From: Adineta vaga
Taxonomy: Eukaryota > Animalia > Rotifera
Direction of reading: 5' to 3'
Assembly: GCA_021613535.1 (NCBI GenBank)
Contig: CP075495.1
Location: forward strand, 13,516,001 to 13,580,000
DNA: 64,000 nucleotides
Below are positions 50,007-64,000 of the stretch, piece after piece. A model generated the notes under the pieces. That model saw only the letters and a list, made by a program, of their open reading frames with translations, had not been told where the DNA came from and made no database searches. Both the position numbers and the translations under genes were made by a program. Positions within the stretch are counted from its first letter, which is position 1; each line of letters opens with the position of its first letter.

Positions 50007-53000
50007 TCAATAATACGAAAAACAAAGAATCGAATTCGAAATCACAGATGATTTCTTTGAAAAGGACAAATAATCAGATCGAATATGGAGGAAAAACTAC
50101 AACAAGCAAATATTAATCTTTCTAAAAAACAAGAAAATAAATAATAATAAATAATATTAAAGTTCAAGATTGCAAAAGCGACAAATGTTTTGCATTTTGA
50201 TAAATATAGATGGTGCAATAAGCTGGAGAGATAATCAAATAAATATCAAGTGAGACTAACTAAAACATGACATTTGCTTAACTGATGTATGTTAAAATCG
50301 ACATCATTCTATGTAAATGAATTGAATGTAAAACAGAAAATCAATCAAACGTTAAATACTTTGAATTATCTGATTATCTTTAGACAATATATTCATTGAT
50401 TCGAAATGTATTTCAATTATAGTCATGATAATATATTCTTTTTCTTTGTGATTGTGTCTAAATAGTTATAATCCCAATAGAATATTCTTTACTAATTAAA
50501 GATCAAATTCTTACTTATCTATTTATTTAAATAATTAATAAATTTTAATCTAAAAAAAGTATATTTCATTAATATTTATGAATCTATTGAACAGACTTTT
50601 CTTTTTTTTTATATAGAGTTCTGTATATTATTGTTTCGATGAAAATAGAAATAAACAATGAATCATACAAATGATTAGAACATTCTTTTCTTCTTCTTCT
50701 TTTTCATATTAAACATCATCAAATTCTCTAGTGAGATTATATACACACAAATGACTTATATAAGTAATAGAATTCAATAAATATTTCATGGCAAAGTAGA
50801 TTCTTCTCGTTTTTTTTTCTTCATACATATCCAATAGATTAATGCTTGATTTTTATATTGAAGAGAATTCATAAATTCTAATCGAAGTGGAAATATTCTA
50901 TTATATACATTCGAATTATGTCGTAGAATTTATTACTTTTTCTCTTCTTTTCTCCTTATTTTGTATGAGAAGAAAGAAGCAAATTGATTGAAAAGATTCA
51001 GATATAATTAACTTGGATTATGTCTTTGGCTTGCGGGAACAAAATTTGATTGAAGAAAGTTATTATGATCAGAAGATCAAATTAAAAGATCAGAAAGATT
51101 TTCATAGTTTTATATTAAGATTAATTCGGAATTGATCTCTGCTTATGATGAAACATTGAACTTGTGACTAAGAATGTTTTCTTCTTTTCTTTTTATCGTT
51201 TTTTTTTTCATTCACAATATTATCAGTAGAGTTAGATTATTACATTGTCTAAGTATAGGTTACAGGTATTGTTGTGCTTGATCATTACAATTACTTTCAT
51301 TTATTAATCGTTTTGAAAGAAAGAAGCAATAGAGTTCAATCAAATATGCAGACGACAACATTAAGTTCTCATCTCTTCGATTTCCTTATACACTTATATA
51401 TTGCTTGCGTCTGTCTGATGAAGTTTTCTTTTTTTTTGGAAAGAATCATTTTTACTGATTTCTATTTACATATGAGAATGAGGGCGACGAACAAGGAAGA
51501 ATCTTCGCTTCCTGTTTAGCCTAAATCGATTCGTTTCGATTTTGTTTCTCTCCGACTCTCTCTCTCTCTCGTCTTTTTCTAATGCTTTTCGATTAATTGC
51601 ACTACATACTGACATATTAGATACAGAACACTAGCCTTAAGCAATGATGATAATGTATTTCCAAATGATGATGATGATGATGATGGCGACAACAACAATG
51701 AAAATGCAAGAAAAATAGATCATTGTCTTCTATAACTAGATACCAAAAACCAACGACAATAGACAATAACTCCTCTTCTATCTTTTTATATCTTGTTATT
51801 TATGTGTATATTAAATGAATAATATACATTGTTCTTGTCGATTTAATCGTATATGTATATATGCGATGAAGAAAAGCGAGACAAAGAGTAAGGATAAATC
51901 ACCGTATACGTAATAATAATAGTAACAGCAGTTATCTGTTTCCCATATTAATATAACGTCGATTGTTAGGAATGATGTGAGAAAGCAAAAGCGAAGGGTA
52001 ATGACGTTGCTGTTATTCACACGTTCTACTCTAGTTATCCTTTCCCTATCAAGATTGGCTTATAGATAGACTATATCGCTGTTTGTTGTTGTTGATGTGC
52101 GTGTTCTGGAACAAACAGACACAAAGAAATGTGTGCATACAAAGACTAAAGAAAACACCTTGTCATCTCTTGTGCTCTTTCCATTCTGTTTTGTTGCTTT
52201 CTGTACAATATTTGGTATCGTACAATGTAAGTATGGCTAATGGCGATGAACTTTGCTAACAGAGAAGAGAAAAAATGATTTCTGATCATCGTTTTCCTAT
52301 ACTGCAATACTCTTCTTTTTCTTTCTCTTCATCATCTTCTACTTCTTCTCTATCTTTTTTTCCTCTTACAATTTTTCCTGTTAGAGATTTTTTTTTCTTC
52401 AGTCTGTTGCCAATCAAGAATCAATATTCTTACTAGTACAAATAGAATTACTACAGTTTCAACGATGCATGTACAGTGATTTACTCACGATTTTATATGC
52501 TAGTTGATTAATCTATCAGGTAGGTCGCTTCGTTCTTCATACGTTCGTTTCACATTAGTAATGATGATTTAAGTCGATTTATAATTTACTGGAATCTTTT
52601 ATCAACTAGACATATCGATACGTTCGATTGAAAAACCTATTTTGAGTAACAGTGAAACTTATCATTTCCTTATATTATTGCATTTTAAATCAATTTAAAT
52701 AAGTGTTTCTGAACAAGAAAGTTGTTCAAAACTCATTGCTACTATTAACAATTCATTCATTTTCATGTGATATCTTTGAATCTTCTATTCATGATCTTTG
52801 ACTATTTTCTCATTTCCTTCTTCACTACATATATATGTTTACAAAATGTCTACTGATTATTTCGTTATGCTAACAGAAAAGTGATGATGATGATGATGAC
52901 GACAACAAATCATATGTGACTACTATCTACAGTATGCCACAACTGTAGAATGGGTGTGCGCTGCTACACGTTTGTGTAAGACGGCAGTCAATATTATTCG

Positions 53001-56000
53001 GTTGATTGCAATTTGTTCACCGACATCATTATGTTATATGTAATCAAATGAATGCACGCGATGAAAAAAGCGACAGAAAGATTCTTCGAACACATCTGTG
53101 TACGTATTTATTCCCAACAAATATTTGATTTCCTCTTACTCACTCATGCCCTCTCAATGTTTATTAATGATGAACTACTACTATGGGGATCGCGTCTAGG
53201 GGTAGAAAAGATAGAAATTGTGCCATCCTTTCACTCTCTCATGGTATGTATTATATCTCTGCAATGTAATTGAACACAGTAAGATTGATACTCTTACAAA
53301 CAAATCATGGATGAAGATAGTTCATAAAATTGATACTGAGAGTTGATTGATCGTTTATATTCGTGTGATAATCAAAGCAGACGTTTACTGTATCAAGAGA
53401 ATAAGTGATATAGAATTCAATTAGTTATTTATTAATAATAGTACTTACGTATTTTTTATCATGCAAAATAACATGCATACATATTATACACATGCAATTT
53501 TCCGATAAATATATATTAAGATTATGTAGCTAGTAGTTCATTTTTATTGATAAATATCGTTCGTTTATGTTCATGATAATTTTGATAATAGTTTAAGATA
53601 TCTTTTCAAGCATAAGCGCGACATCTTAAAAGATGATAACGAAATAGAATTGATATTGTGTATTGGCATGCTGTGTCAATATAAGTCGACATTTCTAGTC
53701 AGTTTGCCTTGATAATGATAGTTGTCCGTTTGGGAATATCGAGTATCATCATCTGCCTCTCTTATCATCCACTGGATTTATTAGAAAATGCCAATCATCT
53801 CTGGTTTATATATTGTTCTAAGCAAGATGAAAAGAAAGAAATCTTCTACGTGTCTTTTCTATTAAGAAGTTCATTATCGTCGAACTAATGATTAGTCTTA
53901 TGAAGCTTTTTTTTTTTCAAACTCAAATTTGTATCTTTCTTTCATGGTTTCATTGAGTTCAACATCAGTAAGATTTCTTTTTTTCAGGAAGAAAAGATAT
54001 AACTATCAAAACGAGAAAGAAAAATAGTGTTTCGTAGTTGATTGCATTATGTACTTGTAAACTTTCGATGTCTTACAACGTTGGATCAGATCTTTTTTTT
54101 TCTCTTTCACTTGTCATAGTCGATAATATTCTTCAGATAGGAACGAAGATCTCTCTGATCCTTGTATATATATATATATGTGCATGTGTGTGATCAGAAA
54201 CATTCGATTTTCTTTCCTTCTAGTATTTCTTTCCGTCATCTTCTCATCTTCGTTTTAATGATCTAACAGCTATGATTGTTTGTGTTGTGATTTTTCTCAC
54301 CCTTCGTCATATTCGATCAAAGGAAGAGAACCAATAACGATAGAAATTCTCAATAGATTTCATAGTTTATAGTATAGAGTAGGAATAGTAGTCGTCACTT
54401 AATAATGTGAAATTCTTGCTATATCTACAACAAGCATTGCAACTCGTTGATGGTGCAAATAATACAATCAACATGAAACACTCACAGTTGTTATAAGCTC
54501 TCGCTTTGCATTTCTCTCTCACTCTCTTTGTCTCTTCCTCCACCAAAGTGAAACAAGCATGAGGCGGATCTGTTTGAGTACTAATGCGCATGTCTTCTCC
54601 TTTTTTTCTTTATCGTTAGTGCAACGATCGAACATTTGTTTTTTGTGATGTTAACCAGAGAAAGGATTTTTCTCACACATACAATCACAATGGCATCACG
54701 CAAACTGTAAGTATCTAATTCAAATGACATGTCGAAGAATGACGACGGGATGCTCACTTCCTGCTTCCCTACTGTTCTTCAAGATTGGTAAAAAAAAATA
54801 GAAAGAAAATTTTCCTTTTTTTTATACAAAGATAAAATGGGATTAGATATATATATTTTTTTCTCTTTCATTATAACAGCTGCTTTGACTGTTACTGTTA
54901 CTAATAGTACTTTACAAAGCTCGTTTGTGTGCATTCAATTCTACAAAAAAAAGGAGAAAAATGATGTGGTAATCATAACAGCCTTCAAAAAAAATATATC
55001 GATCTGTCTCGCTATGTGTGCATGAGCAATTCATAGGCAAACCACTTGAACGACACCAAAGTGGGGGAGAGAAAACGCGAGAAGAGGATAGGGAACGAGA
55101 GAGAGAGAGAGAGAATGAAAGCGTTCAGTTTTCAGCTATTATTCATGATCAATATTGTAACTAAAGAAAATAATGTCTAGAGTAAAGATGCGCTACACTT
55201 TCTCCCTTTTCTTCCCTCTACTTGTATAGAAGGCGGAACCGTGTCCTCCATCCAAATTGTCGGGATGGATGTAATATCGATAGTAAATTTCTTCCTTTCA
55301 TATTGTTGTCAACGTTAGTTAAAAATCACTTAGATTCATGTATATATTAGAATTCATCGTTTATTTTTATAATTAACATAATACTGTATCATTATGAAAG
55401 ATGGAAAAAGAAAGATCGAGACAATGATGAAATACACATGAGAAGAAGAAGAAGAAGAAAAGAAGGCATCATAGATTGATACATGTTACATCATTTGGAA
55501 GATTCATTGAGTTGTTATAAGCTTTCTCATACTATGAATAGCTTTATTAGTGAAAAAAATTCTTCCACTCGTTGAGCACCGTATATAAAGACGATCACTT
55601 TACATTTGAGATGCCATTCGTCTCCTAACCAATAGCATACTTTTTCTCTTGATATTTCCTACTATTTTATAATATATTCTGTCAGATCAACGTGTTGATG
55701 TTCATTCTTACCAACAATTTCTCTTTTTCTGTTTGGTTATTTGTTGTTAATATTTTTATTATTATTCCTGTTCTTGTCACTTTAGATAACTGTCAGATAC
55801 ATATACGGCCGTAAGTCAAAAGAGCATACACATTGCATGGGAAATTAGTATATAATGAAATCAGCAGACAATTCTGATTGATATTGACAAAAGTCAAATG
55901 GTATGTATATATAGTTTTCTTTTTCTTACGTTTTTTCCTTTTATTAAGTCAATTTAATCAATATTAAATAACTGATGGAATTTTTTAAATATGTTCTCGT

Positions 56001-57671
56001 CGGAAATCATTAGACCATCAATTCTTTGATGACCTTGATCTTAATCATTCAAGTCGGTTTCTTTACTCTCTATTTCATACACACACACACACATACACTC
56101 CCTCTCTTTCATAGAAATCTTCATTGATTTTTTTTTTTCTTCAGTATCTTTTTTCTCATACTCTCACTATTCTATTGCCGTTAATCGTTTCTTTCCGTTC
56201 GTCATTGTAGTTTGATAGAAAAAAGAAAACTCGCAATAGACACATATTATCCTAGAAAAGTTCTAGTTGACTATGTGAATTGGCGATTGAAAATCATTTC
56301 GATTCTTTTGCTCGCGGGAAGAATCCGCTTTCCGTCTTTGTCGACAACGGCAAAGATGATGACTACGAGATAGCAACAGTAATAGTAACAGCAAGCGTAG
56401 TGCGATGCATACAGGATAATATTTTGATAATCAACTCGAGAGACCGGAACTAAGCGCTCGTCCAGAGGGAATTTCTAATTAAAGAAAGGGGGCGACAGAA
56501 AGAAAATGAGTGAAAGAAAAATGGATGAGAACAATGTTTGAAACAAGACGAAAACAATACTATTAATGACAACATTAGTTTTGTTTTCCAGGTAAAATAA
56601 AGAGACAGATATAAGAAGAGGGTACGGTTCTTTGTCTTCGATGGACTCGGCAGTGTTCTTGACGATTATGATGATGACAAATGACTTTTCCAGAAGAGCG
56701 AAACGCGACAGAGAGAGATAGAGAGAAAGAGGGAAGAAGAAAAGAAGAAGTATTAAGTGGCATTATTTGGAGAACTCTCCTATTGTGTATCTCATCAAAC
56801 AACATGTTGTCTACGTTGGCATATAGACAAGAGACAAAACGATGGCACCCCAAAAACCTCATGCTTACAGTTTTTTGTTCTCATTTTATAGTATCAATCG
56901 AGTATTATTTGTTTGATGAGACAGAAACTCGAGTTTTTCTTTCTACATTTTTCTCTTTATATACATCTGTAATCAATTATTCCATCATCAGTTTCTCTTC
57001 TTTCTCTTCTCGGAAGTCCAGTCATCAATATATTACTGAGTGAAGAGAATAAGCGTACACTGTCCGGTCGTCTGCTACCAGTACCGGAAATTGATGTAGT
57101 ATAATCACCGTATCGTCATCATTTTCTTCATTTTATTGCTATTGTCGTAATTTCTCTCCTCTCTCTCTCTCTCTGTCTCCTTTTTTTTATCATAGGTCGC
57201 AAGAGCATCAGGAGAATATTTGAGAGCAACGACGGGAGATTTTTTTGTTGTATACAAATGTGAGATAATAAAGAGAAGAGAGGAGAGGAGAAGAGAAGCG
57301 AAAGGAAGAGAGAGAAAAGACGAGTCGTGCTCGTAACTATCGTTTCTTTTCCTTAGCATAGCAATAGATTGCCCAAGATAATCATTCGCTTGAATGATAG
57401 ACCGACATATTTGTCAATCGAGTTTTCTTTTTTTTTTGTTTCTTTTTATCTAGGTTTTTGTCTATATACCACTAATAATCAAGACAATCGAAGAAACCAT
57501 CAATTATTATTTAGATCAATTATTAGAATAATTATTCTTGTTTAAATTCGTTTATTTATCGTGTTTTTTTTCTGTTTGTTGCGTCGATGTCAATGTTATG
57601 TTCATGTCGTCTACGCATGGCATCCAAACGTTGTCATTGTTTAATTAGGTTATTGATCACAGACAATTATC

Positions 57672-59084
57672 ATGGATTTATTTGCTACTGTATCACGTTT
57701 ACCTTTTTCGGTACTCGGACCTCATCGTAGTGATACATGTACAGTCGATCGTTTAAATTATAAATATACAGTGATTATTTTAGTCATATTTTCGATCATC
57801 GTTTCAAATAAACAATTTTCCTCCGATCATATTGCTTGTTGGGTACCAGGACATTTTACACGTTCCTACGAAGTTTATTCGAATAATATCTGTTGGGTAT
57901 CGAATACATACTATGTTGCTGCAGCAGAAACCTTACCTTTAGACGAAACCAAGAAGAAAACTCGTGTTGTCAAGGTAATCGATCAGAAAGAGTAAAGATT
58001 ATTATCGGTTTATTTGTGTTTTTCTTAAAATTTTAGTATTATCAGTGGACACCGTTCATTCTACTTTTTCAAGCTGTCCTTTTCTATATGCCACGAATGT
58101 TGTGGCGTTCTTTATCAGCTAAATCAGGTATTAATATAGTTAATTTAGTCGATGCTGCATTAAATTATCAAACAGCAGATCGTTTTGAAGATCGCAATAA
58201 AATTATGACTTATTTAACTCGATCAATCGATCAATATGTTTATATGCGTAAGAGAAAACCCAAACGATTTGATTTCATACGTCGTTTTCTTGCATTCATG
58301 CTCTGCGTACCCGGACGTCGTATGGGTTCCTATTTGTTAATTCTTTTTTTCGTCACCAAACTCTTATTTATTGTCAATTCTATTGGACAATTATTTTTGT
58401 TAAATGTCTTCTTGGGTCATAATTTTGCTTCATACGGTGTTGAATTAATACAAAAAATTCTTAATGGAGAAGAACTTACAGAATCAATGTATTTTCCACG
58501 TGTAACCATCTGTGAATTTGCCGTACGTAATATCCAAAATGTCCATGTCCATACAGTACAGGTAAGAATTGCAATGATTAGAATAAATCGAATAGGTATA
58601 TTTTGTCTATTAGTGTGTATTACCAATAAATTTATTCAATGAAAAAGCGTTTTTATTCATTTGGTTTTGGTTAGCTTTTTTAACTGTGTGTAATACTTAT
58701 GATTTATTAGCATGGTTTGTTCGTTCATTTGGTCGTGTACGATATGCTTATATAAAGAAACGTCTCGAATTAATGCAAAGTGACACCCATCTGCGACGAA
58801 TGCCAGCGAAAGAATTTATCCATCGTTATTTACAACATGATGGTGTACTTATTCTTCGACTTCTTGCATATAATTCAAGTGATCTTGTTGTTACTGAATT
58901 AATTCAACAATTGTGGCAGTTTTATAAACGTGTTGGAAGTGGTGGTGTTGGTGGAGCAGGTTCAACAACAGGATCAGGTGTTTCATCAGCAGTTTTACAA
59001 TCATCATCACGAGGTGGACCAGGAGGCGGAAGACAGGTGAATACACGCCTGTTTGATACCAGTGTTGGTCGAGATGATATTTAA
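57672..59084 (+). CDS. Innexin (gap-junction protein)
   Basis: DRLNYKYT, IACWVP, ICWVSNTY, YYQWTPFIL, FPRVTICEF, CVLPINLFNEK, YLQHDGVLILRL; introns near 57974-58036 and 58562-58612. Confidence 0.95.
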
Positions 59085-61870
59085 TTTAGTTTAAGCATAC
59101 TTTGTATTTTGTATAGTTTAATCTTTAAATTTTTTGTTCGTTTTATTTCTTTATTCTTTCGTTTTTGTCATACATATCAATGAAATCATGTATTTCATGA
59201 ATGAAAGATTGAATTTAATAAAAAGAGACAGATATTTTGCAAAAATATTTTATTAGTTATTTGATCTATTTTTCTCTTTATCGTATTGAAATTCACAGAA
59301 ATAATAAGCAGATATTTATTGTTATGATGGATTTGAAAAAAAGAAGATCGAATATGATATAGACAATATTGTATCATAATTAGACGATTATATTTCGATC
59401 TATTTATGTAAATCGAGGCGGCAACCAGATGCATCTTGTATGCGTCAAATTATTTTTGTCCACTATCATTCATTTCTCATATTTCTTATTAGCTTTTTTT
59501 CTTTATATATGTCAGTATATCCATCTGCAATACGTACATGGTGATAATCTATACATTGTCAAAATTAATCTTCATAATTATTATAATTTCGTTTATTTGT
59601 TTTTGTGAATGAGAACTTGCAAAAAAAAACAATTTCAATGAAATTTTCTCAATTCTGTGAATATCTCGAAGTCATATTTGTCATCAAATCGTCAAAAATG
59701 AATCTAAACAATTTATTGTTCTATTCTTATATCTGTTTATGATAGGAAAACGTCGTCTCAGACTGTCGTGTTGATAAACTTCCATCTTGTCCTCTCTGTC
59801 ACTATCTCAATGTCAAACAGATGTTATTCTTATTGTTTCTTTCTTTTTCTTCTCTACATTGAAACGATAAATACATGTATTCCATTAGAAAGTGATTTGT
59901 TAGTATGTCTTGCTCGTCATTTTCTACAGCTTCGAATTTAATACTATGTTCATGTAGTAATAAATATTTCAGTCGAAAATCATCGTCTAATTTTGTTTCC
60001 AAATGAACGAATATGAAATGAAGGTCTCATCAATGATATTCTCTTTGATTTCATTATTATCTATAACCTTTCTTATTATAGAAAATCTATTCATTGTTGA
60101 TAGATCTTCTTTTTCTTTTTAAATCGTGTCATTTATATTTATTTAATAGGATGTGACATATGTTTTCATAAATACCTAGGGAAAGAACATCGAAACTAGT
60201 AGGATTTAATCCATATGTTTGATTACGATGGTCTTTTCGGATTGTCTAATTGTCTTTTACGAGACTTATAGAAGATAGAACAACATAATTTCTTCCTACT
60301 GTGTAACAACCATGACATTTCAAGACATAACTAACTATCCATCCACTCAAATCAACGAACATCGATAATTGACTATAGACTTACATAGTAAGATTGTAGT
60401 TTTAACGAAAAATAATTCATCTATCCAATCAATAAATTATGAATATTATCTCGATAAGATCAAATATCCTGAACTTAAAATGTATAAATTCTATTTCTTT
60501 ATTAAATTGTTGATGAAATTTGATCGAAGATATATACAATATGAAAATACAGATTTCTTCTTGCAAATACATAAACATTTCTTATTTTTTTATCAATCTT
60601 ACACATAGACTTAATAATCTTATCTTGACAATACAATTTGATCTACAATATGTTGACATTTTTATATATCTTCATTTTCGCAAAACCAATTCTACACATC
60701 AAATAATAAAATAAGCTTCTACAAAAGAATCGGTTTATCTTATTGGTTTTTCTTCTCTTCTTGAAAAAAAATATATATAAATTAATATTGTAATGTAAGA
60801 TAAGTTGAAATTTATTTACAAATATGTTATTTCATCTGTTGTTGATAAAAGAAAATTAATTAATCGAGCACCAATCATTTTCATTCAATTAATAATTAAA
60901 GATAAGAATCAATCTGATTGTAATATAATCTTAAAATATTGCCTGCTATGATTCTTCTTTTCTCTTTGGATCATAGGAAAAAGCAAAAGTTCTACTCTCA
61001 TTTCTAATCGTCTCCGTTCGAATGTATGTGAATGCACATAATTTTATCGATTCAATATATGCCATATATTTTAGATTTCGTCAATAAATTTATGCATTTT
61101 GATCGAGAAATGATTGTTGACTTCTCTCTTTTGTATTTCCTGATAGTACTAACTTCGACAATTATCGCATCGTTTAGTATTCAGAGTGCCATATGAGACA
61201 TACGCGAATGCGCACAAGTCATCGTATTCTCGAGTAACAACGATCGCTTTTTATAACCTTCATCTATCGAAAAAAATAAATATGTGATTGAAATCAATGA
61301 TCATTACTGAGCAGTTAATTGGTTTTCTTTTTGTATACTACTATTGATTATCTGTTGTCGTTGTTGTTCTTTCTCTATTCTGATTTTTATTGATTGAATA
61401 CTCTTAATAGTTGTTTTTATTGTTCTTATATCCGTTAATTAAGTAATCTAAAAATTAGTGAAACAAAAAGAAAGAAAAAAGACAATAATATGAATAGAAT
61501 CAGTTGTCGATTTTTCTCGTCATTGAGTGGATAATCAAACTTCGAGATTCTTTCTTTTTTTTCTTTTTCATTTAAATTTATAGAGAGAAATTGACATGAA
61601 ACATATTATTTCATTAGAAAGAAGAGAATTAAGTCAAATCTTCACTAACAGGGTATGACATAAGCAGAAAATACTCATGTTTTTCTTTTTCTTCTTCTTT
61701 TCTCTTCCTTGTTAAGGAAAAGGAAGGTAATCTTTTTCAGAAATCAACAAGACAGTAATTCAACTTCCCTGTTGAAGAACATTGCATCCTCGTGACTTAC
61801 TTGTTTAACGGTTTTCTTTTTTCAAATTTCGTACTTTCTTTTGTTTTTTAGTGAAATCTATTGAATTAAA

Positions 61871-63130
61871 ATGAACGTCATTCGATCAGCAGGTGGTGGT
61901 GGTCGTCGTAGTAGTTTCAAATTTCAACATGGTAAGACTAATACTGATTAATTTTATTTTTTATTGTTTTAACACCCTCAACTTAAACAAATGTCGTTAT
62001 CATCATTAAGAGTAGCATTCGTTCAATTTCTCTAGAGATTTCTTTCTTCCGTTTCTCGTTTTTTTCTTCTTTCTCACAGATCACAAATACTCTCACACAT
62101 TTTGTTCACAAAAAAGCATCAATCAGTTCTTTTTTTTGTGTTTACTAAACGCTCACATATAAATACGACTATTAATCAAAATGTGGCAAGCGTTCGAATC
62201 ATCGATTCAAACATTAAATAAAGCTCGACGCTTGAATTTGAGTATAAGAAAAAGTGCAAGTAAATCAATTTCATTCGAAGAGATTATCATTTTCTTTTTC
62301 AACATTATACTTTTCTTCTCGTATGTTATTTATAGAAAATCCAGCCGCCAAACATCTTGTCAGAAGACCAACATGTACTATAGCTGAATTGATGGGGAAA
62401 ACAAAATTTTCTAAAGATGAAATCTGTCATTTATATCGAACATTTAAACAAGTATGTCTATTTGTTGTGTCTTGTTTTTTTGAATATGTATCTTATTGTA
62501 TTAGGATTGTCCATCGGGTGAAGTAAGCAAAGCTCATTTTGCTGCAATTTTTGCAACATTATTTCCCAGTGGTGGTATGTAAATTTTTGTTTTGTTTTAT
62601 ATTCTAATATATCAATCAATAAAAACTTCCATATTCAATTATAGAATGTTTTCGTTATTCAGTTTTTCTGTTTCGTAATATTGATCGAACAAATAGTGGT
62701 TTTATTCGCTTCGAAGATCTTGTTATTACACTTTCAGTTTTAGTTCATGGTTCAATTGAAGAACGAATTTGTTGGATATTTGATTTATATGATTTAAATA
62801 AAGATGGAATGATAACACGATTAGTACGATCTTCTTCGAAAGAAAAACTTCTTATTTTCTTCTTCTTTGAGGAATTATTGCAAATGGTTGCAGCTATTTT
62901 CCAGTTAATTGTGCCTGTTTGTAAACTAAATTTTACATCGATTACAAGTGCTATCGAAGAACGAACTAATCAATTATTTGAAGTATCTGACTTTTTTTTC
63001 TTGTTAGTGTAGAAAATTTTTCTCTTTTTCCCCCCTCTTTAAGACATGGGATACACATGGAAATGGACATGTATATAAAGAAGATTTCATTCAATATTGT
63101 TTACAGGTTTGTTTAAGAGTTGACGAAGGT

Positions 63131-63161
<31 letters not shown>

Positions 63162-64000
63162 AAGTTAATATGATGTTCCTTCCTCAACAAGTAATAGTTT
63201 CCTTTTTTTCTGATAAGTAGGACAATTATTAACGAAAATGACTGTGTTGATCACGCATCAAATATCCTTTCGAGGTATTGAAATCTTCAGGGAAATAATG
63301 GTTTATATCCGATGAACAAATCGTTCGAAAATTTTCTTTCAATTGCGTTTCGATAAAATCTCAATCATGTTGAACAACAAAAAAGGACAATGCTCTACTC
63401 TGACATACTAACAAATTCATATAGTATTTTCATTCATAGTAATTTTTCAGTTAGATTAACTATGATTAATGATCACAGATTTCATTGTTGAATGTTCAGT
63501 GATTATTATGAAATAGAACAATTGAATTTTTGCCTGATGATCTGAAAATGCGCATTTTCGTCCGAGTATATATTCCAAATCAATCAATGAAATGATACTT
63601 GAGGCTATAGATAATAGGATAGAGGAAGGGGGTGGTAAAGAAAGAATGCGATTGATTTACAATAAATAGAGATGAGAATATACTTTGGTAAGAGAGAAAT
63701 AAACTAGCTGTCATATCATATCTCATAATAAAAACAAATAACTCAAAGATAATCTACATAATCGAAGGAATATCACATACTGGTATAGTTATACTAATCG
63801 GAGAAAAATTTCTTTGTTTATTGTATTTTTCTTTCCTAATCTTCGAAGAAGAATAACATTTAGTTACCTAAAATTGAATCATCTATTATAAAGATTAACC
63901 ATTGCCGTAGCTAATCCAAAGGAAACCTTTTCAAACATGATGTTTTATTTATTTTAGAATGAAACCATTCAAAAGTCGATGGAAATGCTAAAATCGAACA
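61871..64000 (+). CDS. Neuronal calcium sensor, KChIP-like; runs off the window end; two candidate first exons (61871, 62181)
   Basis: TKFSKDEICHLYRTFKQ/DCPSG, FRNIDRTNSGFIRFED, GSIEERICWIFDLYDLNKDGMIT, WDTHGNGHVYKEDFIQYC, last exon NETIQKSMEML from ~63958. Confidence 0.88.
63135..63161. repeat. (TC)n microsatellite in KChIP intron
   Basis: Visible uninterrupted tctctc run. Confidence 0.9.

Noticed and set aside
50100-57600. Long gene-free stretch with scattered short ORFs and GA/TC tracts
   Set aside because: No coherent exon chain; consistent with regulatory DNA and 5' UTR introns of the innexin gene.
1-64000. Prokaryotic features (CRISPR arrays, operon promoters, rRNA/tRNA) or bacterial contamination
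   Set aside because: No repeat-spacer arrays or structured RNA genes seen; bacterial-type genes are interleaved with intron-rich animal genes and share their AT-rich composition.

Overview
AT-rich eukaryotic (metazoan) genomic DNA with many short (~50-60 nt) GT-AG introns. Conserved animal genes (tetraspanin, INPP5A, WDR44, puromycin-sensitive aminopeptidase, innexin, KChIP) sit beside intron-poor bacterial-type genes and a TPR/ADP-ribosyltransferase, a mix that strongly suggests a bdelloid rotifer (inference). The left 23 kb is an accessory, immune-like region: a TIR+SAM gene, three tandem divergent Rel-homology/IPT transcription-factor paralogues (one pseudogenised) and an intronless ART-TPR gene. 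Between Rel copies 1 and 2 lies a ~10 kb block of broken genes (CRAL-TRIO, kinase, TPR, TerB-like) plus an hAT-type MITE, bracketed by a 169-bp near-perfect direct repeat. Main highlights: (i) an intronless 841-aa ORF fusing two different radical-SAM enzymes, with an N-terminal mitochondrial presequence and a second internal presequence-like linker ending in RRSFSS, i.e. a candidate mitochondrially processed polyprotein of bacterial origin; (ii) a bacterial TagF/CDP-glycerol-phosphotransferase-like gene inside the 5'-UTR intron of WDR44, apparently sharing its first exon; (iii) a small neuropeptide precursor with a secretin/glucagon-like pattern; (iv) an antisense gene nested in an INPP5A intron. 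Exon boundaries were read by eye and no database searches were run.
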